The notes beneath the pieces are model-generated. The model had not been told where the DNA came from. It saw only the letters and a list, made by a program, of their open reading frames with translations, and searched no databases. A stretch of DNA of 64,000 nucleotides from Minisyncoccota bacterium (GTDB taxonomy: Bacteria > Patescibacteriota > Minisyncoccia > Phycocordibacterales > UBA5272), in contig JAGORG010000004.1 in assembly GCA_018062965.1 (NCBI GenBank), positions 15,055-79,054 of the forward strand, given 5' to 3'. Shown one piece after another: positions 57,667 to 64,000 of the stretch; the first letter of the stretch is position 1, and each line of letters opens with the position of its first letter. Made by a program: the position numbers and the translations under genes.

Positions 57667-57766
57667 TTAAGTTCACGCAATGTGATACACAAACCCCGTC
57701 AAACGTTAAATCGTTTCGGGGTTTTTTCTTTTGTCCATTTTAATGTATAATCATCAAACACTCGAC

Positions 57767-57848
57767 GCCCGGGTGGCGAAATTGGTAGACGCACTTGCCT
57801 TAGGAGCAAGCGCCGCAAGGCATGAAGGTTCAAGTCCTTTCCCGGGCA
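57767..57848 (+). tRNA. tRNA-Leu (anticodon TAG).
   Basis: Acceptor GCCCGGG/CCCGGGC; anticodon stem CTTGC/GCAAG with loop CUUAGGA; long variable arm; T-arm AAGGTTCAAGTCCTT. A TATAAT box lies at 57745-57750. Confidence 0.85.
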
Positions 57849-57852
57849 CTTT

Positions 57853-58545
57853 ATGAAAATCCCCGTTATATTCGAGGATGAAAACATACTTGTCATCAAC
57901 AAACCTGCAGGACTTGTTGTACACCCTTTTGATAACTCTACAGAGGAGACGCTTTTGGATATTCTTAAGGAGCGTAATCCTGAATGTTTTTCGTTTGATA
58001 ATCTACTAACACTTCAAGACGGCAGAGTTATTAATCTTGGTGGCATTGTTCATAAGCTTGACCGAGAAACATCTGGTGTTATGGTTATCGCAAAGTCACA
58101 TGAAGTGTTTGAAGGCCTTCAGAAACAGTTTCTAAACCACGCAACACAAAAAGAATACATAGCTCTCGTTGAGGGTGGTGTTGACCAAAACACATTTGTA
58201 ATTGATGCACCGCTATCACGCATCAAAAAAAGTTTTAAGCGTACAACAGACATGAATATTGCTCGAGGGAAACAAGTGAGCGCACTCACTCACGGAGAAG
58301 TTATTTCACGAAATGAATCGACAACCTGTGTTCGTTTGTTACCTGTTACTGGACGCACACATCAATTGCGTGCACACATGGCACATATCAGTCACCCAAT
58401 AGTAGGAGACAATGTATACGGAACTAAAGGCACCAATTCCCCACTCATGCTTCACGCCCACAAACTAACCCTCAACGTGAAAGGTGAACAAAAAACCTAT
58501 GAGGCACAGGTGCCAGAAATATTTGGGTACCCGGCGTACCACTAA
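57853..58545 (+). CDS. RluA-family pseudouridine synthase.
   Basis: Catalytic Asp motif HRLDRETSGVMVIAK; 230 aa. A terminator hairpin sits at 58582-58615. Confidence 0.85.
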   Translation: MKIPVIFEDENILVINKPAGLVVHPFDNSTEETLLDILKERNPECFSFDNLLTLQDGRVINLGGIVHKLDRETSGVMVIAKSHEVFEGLQKQFLNHATQKEYIALVEGGVDQNTFVIDAPLSRIKKSFKRTTDMNIARGKQVSALTHGEVISRNESTTCVRLLPVTGRTHQLRAHMAHISHPIVGDNVYGTKGTNSPLMLHAHKLTLNVKGEQKTYEAQVPEIFGYPAYH

Positions 58546-58622
58546 TTACCCACGGTTCGGGTCTCATTATAAACTGTAAAAACAAAAACACGGAAAAGCA
58601 TTTCCGTGTTTTTGTTTTCATG

Positions 58623-58707
58623 TGCCCAGGGCGGGACTCGAACCCGCACGCCATTAGATGACAGAAAATTTTAAGTCTTCCGCGGCTACCATTACGCCAC
58701 CCGGGCA
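58623..58707 (-). tRNA. tRNA-Leu (anticodon TAA).
   Basis: Reverse complement gives acceptor GCCCGGG/CCTGGGC, an anticodon loop CUUAAAA and a long variable arm with T-arm GCGGGTTCGAGTCCCGC. Confidence 0.8.
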
Positions 58708-59189
58708 TTATTGTTATTTACCTTTTTATTTCTACCTCTGTGCGTTGACTGCATACTGTGACAGTTAGGACAAAGAATCCTTAGATTTTCTATCCTGTTG
58801 TCTCTATGTTTTCCATTAATATGGTCAAGCTCAACAGGGATTCTACCATCTTCTGTGACTCTCGCCCAGCCACACATTTCACATTTAGGTTTCTTGATAC
58901 CTTCTTTAAAGAGTCTTTGTTTCAATTTAAAACTCTGGAAGTCGCTATTTTCAACTAAAATATCTTTTGTTGCTATAAGTACTTTTCTCGGAATAACTTT
59001 GCCCTTGTTGGATCCTTTACCTAAAAAGTGTTTTATATCAAGATCGTGAATACGAATATATTTCTTAATTTGCTCGTAGTTTCCGCCAGCTTGAACTAAG
59101 TTAAGTTTCTTTAAAACTTGGCGTATACTCGTAGAATTTTTTATAGCCACCTTCAAGCCAGGCAAATCCCACTTTTTTGTTCTTACCAT
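58692..59189 (-). CDS. HNH endonuclease.
   Basis: The HNH core ELDHINGKHRDNRIENLRILCPNCH plus a zinc-finger CEMCGW. Its 3' end overlaps tRNA-Leu(TAA) by about 16 nt. Confidence 0.7.
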   Translation of the reverse strand: MVRTKKWDLPGLKVAIKNSTSIRQVLKKLNLVQAGGNYEQIKKYIRIHDLDIKHFLGKGSNKGKVIPRKVLIATKDILVENSDFQSFKLKQRLFKEGIKKPKCEMCGWARVTEDGRIPVELDHINGKHRDNRIENLRILCPNCHSMQSTHRGRNKKVNNNNARVA

Positions 59190-59229
59190 AATGGTATAGT
59201 AACACAAATAACTATTCTTCTATGTGTAC

Positions 59230-59820
59230 CTATTTCTTTCTATTAACAAAAAAGTGGAGAAGTGCAGCAAACAGTGCGCCACTCGTATCCATCAATATAT
59301 CCTTCTGGGCATCCCAAATATCTCCCTGAGCACCTAGAACTGCAATCCCAGCTTCTGGGTCTGCTGCAAGAGCATACCGCCATTCAAATAGTTCGTATGC
59401 TGCAGCAACAGCCATAATAATAGCTACAGCAGAAAGGTATGCAAACCACTTTTGGTTAACGACTTTGTACTTGATAAGCTCTTCAATAATTGGATATGCA
59501 TACAATCCTACCATTGCATGAGCAACACGGTCGTACATATTTCTTTCAAAGCCAAATAAGTTGTTAAACCAATCAAACGGTACAAGCGCAAATGTATAAT
59601 GTCCGCCAATCGTGTGAAGATAAATAAGAACACTCATCAATACGTATGAAAGTACCGAGAGTCGAATATTTTTTATATAGAGCACCACTAAGAGTACAGC
59701 GATGGGTAGCACTGTCATATTTTCTGTAAACCAAACAGCCCTATCGACTGGATTGATAGCCAAAAATGCAAACTCTACTATATAGATACCTAAGAGAGCG
59801 TGCGGAATGTATTTCTTCAT
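59230..59820 (-). CDS. DUF2238 (YjdF-like) membrane protein.
   Basis: Six TM helices with the YjdF-like pattern (HTIGGHYTFALVPF..., DRVAHAMVG). Confidence 0.65.
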   Translation of the reverse strand: MKKYIPHALLGIYIVEFAFLAINPVDRAVWFTENMTVLPIAVLLVVLYIKNIRLSVLSYVLMSVLIYLHTIGGHYTFALVPFDWFNNLFGFERNMYDRVAHAMVGLYAYPIIEELIKYKVVNQKWFAYLSAVAIIMAVAAAYELFEWRYALAADPEAGIAVLGAQGDIWDAQKDILMDTSGALFAALLHFFVNRKK

Positions 59821-60004
59821 ATAATGAAGTATACAGTACTTTGGAGACGCAGGCGGGAGGTTCGGTCACAAAACTACCTCGCTTCGCTCGAAGCAGTTTC
59901 GCTTGTTCCAAGAACCGAACTTGCTAGTTCGCCTATTCAAGTCCTTACGCAAACAAAGCAGTTGGCTTTTTCCTGCGTCTCAAAAACGCTTCGCTTATTT
60001 TGGG

Positions 60005-60078
60005 AGACGCAGGCGGGAGTCGAACCCGCGAATGGCGGTTTTGCAAACCGCAGCGTTAGGCCACTTCGCCACTGCGTC
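60005..60078 (-). tRNA. tRNA-Cys (anticodon GCA).
   Basis: Reverse complement gives acceptor GACGCAG/CTGCGTC, anticodon stem GCGGT/ACCGC with loop UUGCAAA, and T-arm GCGGGTTCGACTCCCGC. Confidence 0.8.
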
Positions 60079-60175
60079 ATTCACTTTAATTCAAAAGTTT
60101 TTACATTCTAGCATACTTGCATACAAGACTCTAGAAATTATTTAAAACTCATGGTATAGTATGTGGCACATATTT

Positions 60176-60248
60176 GCCCCTATAGCTCAGCTGGTAGAGC
60201 ATCGGACTCTTAATCCGCAGGTCGTAGGTTCGATCCCTACTGGGGGCA
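60176..60248 (+). tRNA. tRNA-Lys (anticodon CTT).
   Basis: Acceptor GCCCCTA/TGGGGGC; D-arm GCTC...GAGC; anticodon loop CUCUUAA; T-arm GTAGGTTCGATCCCTAC. Followed by the terminator AAAAGCGCGCCGTAGGCGCGCTTTT. Confidence 0.85.
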
Positions 60249-60307
60249 CAAATAAAAAAGCGCGCCGTAGGCGCGCTTTTGTGTTTATTGTTCACCAGTA
60301 AACTTTT

Positions 60308-61354
60308 TTACGAGAATGAAAACCCATAGTTCCCGCGGTCACCTTTGTGGAATGTTTCCCACATACGCTCTGCATCTCTCATCGTAAAGGATGGGTCGTC
60401 TTTGTGCATGAGTTCAAACAGAGACTTCACTTCTCGCTGTTTCGCATTGGTATCACGTGAACGCATGTTACTCCCTGCAATAGACTGAAACAGCTCTTGC
60501 AGTGCATCGTTTTCAAATCGCACAAAACGATTTGAGATGTTTTGAAGCTTGAGCCCGTGCACCACTTCTTGAGTTATTGAATGTAACCCTAGCATTAAGT
60601 TCTTTGCTTTCTTGCCTTGAACCTCCTCAAATGAAAACCTTTGGGCAGCATTGTGGAGTGCTTGAGCAGTGAGCTCTTTGACAGCATCAATGAGTGGCTT
60701 ACGCTGTTCTGGGAGCGTTTGAGCATTAGTATCGAGTGCATCCTCATATGCATAGACATCAACAATGCGCCATGTCGCGACGAGCGAGAGAACAACAGCC
60801 TTGTTGTCTCTTGTATACACCACAACTGTTTCGTTAAAGACAATCGGAGACATATCCACACCACGCACCGCATTGTAGCCAAGCACAACACGAGAGAAGG
60901 TGTAGATAAATACTTCGGCCATAAGCGGAAGAAGTCCAGGCAGCCAGTTCATCCCCTCGTGAATACTTGCGCTTGTGCGTTTGCCGTTAAACGATTCGAC
61001 AGCTGCACGCTTTTCTTTTTCAAACCAGATGTGGGCTGCGATTTCGGTTGCTATGTAGAGCAGTGTGATTGTTGCTATAGTCCACCCGCTATTGATGACA
61101 GATTTTTGCCACCACAAAAATGTAAATCTAAACGGCGCAAACAGGTACAGCGGCAAAGCAACAAGTGCCATGCTGTATCCAACAGCAGATGAGACGATGA
61201 GTCCGATTTTTACAGACTCTGAAACCACATACCCCTGTCTGCGGGCTTGAGAAAATAGTGCCAGAAACACAAGTAGTGAAATAGTTGCACAAGCAACAAT
61301 GCCAACCCAGACAAAGTCTATGTTGGCAAAGAATTGCGTAATAGTTTGATTCAT
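60308..61354 (-). CDS. Hypothetical membrane protein, possibly SPFH/band-7-like.
   Basis: Four N-terminal TM helices, then a ~200-aa domain with an SPFH-like stretch (VVVYTRDNKAVVLSLVATWRIVD). Weak call. Confidence 0.5.
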   Translation of the reverse strand: MNQTITQFFANIDFVWVGIVACATISLLVFLALFSQARRQGYVVSESVKIGLIVSSAVGYSMALVALPLYLFAPFRFTFLWWQKSVINSGWTIATITLLYIATEIAAHIWFEKEKRAAVESFNGKRTSASIHEGMNWLPGLLPLMAEVFIYTFSRVVLGYNAVRGVDMSPIVFNETVVVYTRDNKAVVLSLVATWRIVDVYAYEDALDTNAQTLPEQRKPLIDAVKELTAQALHNAAQRFSFEEVQGKKAKNLMLGLHSITQEVVHGLKLQNISNRFVRFENDALQELFQSIAGSNMRSRDTNAKQREVKSLFELMHKDDPSFTMRDAERMWETFHKGDRGNYGFSFS

Positions 61355-61498
61355 CACAAACTCCTTGAAAAGATCTTTCTCGCGACATGCGAGCTCGTCA
61401 AACATTCTGCCACTATTGTAGATGTTTTACAACCACACTTGCTAGAGACCCTAGTCTCATGTAGATTATGAGATATCGTTCTTTTTGAGGAGGCATCT

Positions 61499-61846
61499 AT
61501 GGCACACCATACACATGATGTGAATGTCCAGGTTCGTTTGCCTGGATTCTTTAGTAGATTTTTTGCCCAGATTGGAGACAAGCTTGGGTATCTGGTTGGC
61601 GTACTGATTGCTCTGGCAATCGGGCTTCTCGTAATCGCAAAGGCTATTGCGTTTATCTGGCCGACACTCATATGGCTCATACCAAGTCTTGTGATACTAG
61701 CCATCACCACGCTGGTACTTTACAAGGCCTACACCATGCCACATGGTGAAGCTATCCCATTTTTCCAACACAAGGCAACCGTACTTGCTGTTAGAGTTAT
61801 TTTTGTCATCTTCCTACTCCTTGCGGACATCAAGAATGTCCCGTGA
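61499..61846 (+). CDS. Small membrane protein.
   Basis: GAGGAGG RBS before the ATG. Three TM helices. A terminator with an extended stem (ACGGCGTACAT...ATGTACGCCGTTTTT) follows. Confidence 0.55.
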   Translation: MAHHTHDVNVQVRLPGFFSRFFAQIGDKLGYLVGVLIALAIGLLVIAKAIAFIWPTLIWLIPSLVILAITTLVLYKAYTMPHGEAIPFFQHKATVLAVRVIFVIFLLLADIKNVP

Positions 61847-61997
61847 AAACATACGGCGTACATTTGAGATCATTTGCAGGAATCTGTAGATAAAGACATG
61901 TACGCCGTTTTTATTTTGTATACTAATAATTGACATACATCACTAGTTGTTGTAGTTTAGAAGTAAGAGTTCAATCAATATATTATTAGGAGAACAC

Positions 61998-62417
61998 ATG
62001 GCAACAGAAAGAAATATCCAAGGCCGACCACACCTACCTGAAAAGGAGGAGCACATCATTGTTGATGAAGTACTCGGCAGAAAGAAGTTTCCTTGGAAGA
62101 AAACCTTTGATGCGCGCAAACCACCAGGTCCGGTGACAATTGACATCGCTGCGCGAGTAAAAGAAGTCGCACCTAAACCCGCAGAACCAGAACCGCTCCG
62201 TGGGACATCTTTGATGAACACCCTAGTTGGCGTCAACTGGAGTCCACGCATGTGGGTTGGTGTTTGTCTGGTTGTGATAATCATCATCGTGATGATCGCA
62301 CCCAAAAAGAAACAGCCCGCGGAAGAACCAAAACCTGTACAATCTGTGCAACAGCCCGCACAGTCACAACAAGGAACAAAAGAAAGGCCGATACCTTGGC
62401 CGTACGCTCCCAAATAA
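61998..62417 (+). CDS. Small single-TM protein with a C-terminal RPIPWPY motif.
   Basis: AGGAGA RBS before the ATG. A strong terminator sits at 62425-62455 (GCCGCCCCTTCGGGGCGGC + T5). Confidence 0.5.
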   Translation: MATERNIQGRPHLPEKEEHIIVDEVLGRKKFPWKKTFDARKPPGPVTIDIAARVKEVAPKPAEPEPLRGTSLMNTLVGVNWSPRMWVGVCLVVIIIIVMIAPKKKQPAEEPKPVQSVQQPAQSQQGTKERPIPWPYAPK

Positions 62418-62552
62418 CCCAAACCAGCCGCCCCTTCGGGGCGGCTTTTTCTTGTCTTTCAGAAACTTGACACCTACATACTAAAGTTGTAGGATAAAAA
62501 TTGAACCTTCTTTGTATTACCTTACGGTCGTAAAGACCATAGAAAGGAACCT

Positions 62553-62852
62553 ATGAGCCAACAGGAGATTGTTAATAACCATATCAAACCTTGGTTGCCG
62601 GTTGCGATGATCGTAATCGGCGCAATCACAATCACCAGGCTTGCTTTCGACTCACACACGGAAGCACAAGAGCCACCGGCGGTGAAAATCGAAAAAGAAA
62701 AGACCAAGCAAGCCTTTTTTGAGGCAAACAAGAGAAAGTACGACGCGGAAATTGCAAAGGCGGAGGCTCGCAAGAACCAACCGCCAATCATCGTCCCGTC
62801 GCCGTTTTCTCAAGTCCAACAACGGCCGCAACAATGGCCATACCAACCGTAA
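62553..62852 (+). CDS. Small single-TM protein with a C-terminal RPQQWPY motif; a paralogous tail to the 61998 gene.
   Basis: TTGACA promoter upstream and an AAAGGAAC RBS. The C-terminal ...SQVQQRPQQWPYQP parallels ...SVQQPAQSQQGTKERPIPWPYAPK. Confidence 0.5.
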   Translation: MSQQEIVNNHIKPWLPVAMIVIGAITITRLAFDSHTEAQEPPAVKIEKEKTKQAFFEANKRKYDAEIAKAEARKNQPPIIVPSPFSQVQQRPQQWPYQP

Positions 62853-62863
62853 AGGAGAACACC

Positions 62864-63118
62864 ATGAGTGACAGTCACGCTGCACCCAAAGAGAGTAAAG
62901 CTCAGCTTGCTGGAGGTATCGTTCTCCTGGCAATTGCAGGGACCCTTGCCTTGTACTTGCTGTCGGATGGATTCCGGTCAGCAATGGACAACATCGTCCA
63001 TGCGATGTTTGGCTACCGGATGGTGAAGAACGACCTGACGAACTTCCTCGCCATTCTGCTCGTTTTCGTTGGTGTCATCATGGTGATGACCCGAAAACCT
63101 GCAGCGCCCCACCATTGA
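62864..63118 (+). CDS. Small two-TM membrane protein.
   Basis: AAGGAGA RBS before ATG 62864; two hydrophobic helices. Confidence 0.45.
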   Translation: MSDSHAAPKESKAQLAGGIVLLAIAGTLALYLLSDGFRSAMDNIVHAMFGYRMVKNDLTNFLAILLVFVGVIMVMTRKPAAPHH

Positions 63119-63342
63119 TCTTTCCAGCGGAATCAAAACCGCTTCATCAAATAACGAGGTCCCTCTGACTTCGTGTACGAAACTGTGTTCTCGTTTAACC
63201 GCGAGGCACATAGATGTACGCGGAGAACGGGTGACCTCGTTTTTATTTTGTCTATTTTTATTGTGTAAGAAAGATGATGGGCGCCTACGGCGCCCATCAT
63301 CTACACAGCCCATATCATCACCGTGACGGTATACTAGTCACA

Positions 63343-64000
63343 TGTCCATTTCAAGTATCGAGCGTGAAGAATTTGCACAACACTCTTTTCTCAAACGCCT
63401 CCTTGAACTACACGATATACCTGAACGACTCTACATCAAAGGATCTCTTCCAGAAGTCACCTTTGATACCTACGGTCGCGCCACTCCACGCATCCTCGCA
63501 GTGATTGGTTCACGCAAAAATACCACCTATGGAAAAGAAGTTGTAAAGAAACTACTGACCTCTCTAGCAGGGCAACAGGTTGTCATCCTTTCAGGGTTAG
63601 CACTCGGTATTGATGGGCTCTCCCACAAAGAGGCTCTCAACAACAGCCTCATCACTGTTGCGGTTCCAGGCTCAGGGTTAGATGAAGCAGTTCTCTACCC
63701 ACATGCTCATATAGAGCTGTCGCGTAATATTCTGGAGAACAATGGATGCCTCATATCTGAACTATCCCCTGACACAAAACCTGCACAGTGGACATTTCCA
63801 TCACGAAACCGTATTGTTGCCGCACTTGCGGATGCGATTCTTGTCATAGAGGCTGCGAGCAAGTCAGGTGCGCTGATTACAGCGCGCCTCGGCCTTGAAC
63901 TCGGTCGTGACATCGGCGCAATTCCTGGAGACATTTTCTCAGAACAAGCAGAAGGCACAAACCTACTCATCAAAGATGGTGCGTACATCATACGAAATGG
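63343..64000 (+). CDS. dprA: DNA processing protein DprA (Smf); continues beyond the window.
   Basis: Rossmann-like core with GSRKNTTYGKEVVKKL...VILSGLALGID...GSG..E..YP.AH; the C-terminus is truncated by the window end. Confidence 0.8.

Noticed and set aside
55380-57692. Multiple minus-strand and alternative plus-strand ORFs within the GC-rich gene pair.
   Set aside because: High GC suppresses stop codons in all frames. Only the two plus-strand frames have a promoter, an RBS and a terminator.

Overview
This window is AT-rich (about 40-45% GC by eye) and densely packed with bacterial housekeeping genes. The main blocks are ftsE/ftsX, prfB, rarA, trmD with a KH-domain gene and rpsP, rnr, a short smc, uppP, a complete F1Fo ATP synthase operon (atpBEFHAGDC on the minus strand), leuS, clpB, sodA, a cysteine desulfurase, infB-rbfA, rluA, dprA and six tRNAs. 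Several proteins are compact: RF2 is 293 aa with no frameshift site, IF-2 is 504 aa, SMC is 745 aa, and rimM is absent. Together with many small membrane and secreted ORFs, this suggests a reduced-genome (CPR/Patescibacteria-like) organism; that is an inference, not proof. The most interesting content is a divergent, probably Zur-controlled metal-acquisition locus at about 27.2-32.7 kb. It encodes a Fur/Zur repressor and YibE/F permease on one side, and a ZIP transporter, a His-rich G3E (CobW/COG0523-like) GTPase, an unmistakable nicotianamine-synthase homologue and a translationally coupled unknown ORF on the other. A 7-3-7 palindrome lies in the shared promoter region. Other notable items are listed below.
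- A leucyl-tRNA synthetase carries an inserted NUDIX hydrolase domain.
- Three tRNA genes (Thr, Tyr, Cys) are each followed 110-160 bp downstream by a direct repeat of their own 3' end, like att-site scars of small integrated elements.
- Two adjacent GC-rich genes with foreign codon usage are each driven by nearly identical TTGACA-N16/17-TATAAT promoter cassettes.
- Several further GC-rich islets carry small basic, glycine-rich or membrane ORFs or possibly structured RNAs.
- A protein combines sigma-70 region 4 with a HARE-HTH domain.
- There are modular surface proteins with internal domain repeats.
No CRISPR array, rRNA or intact transposase was found.
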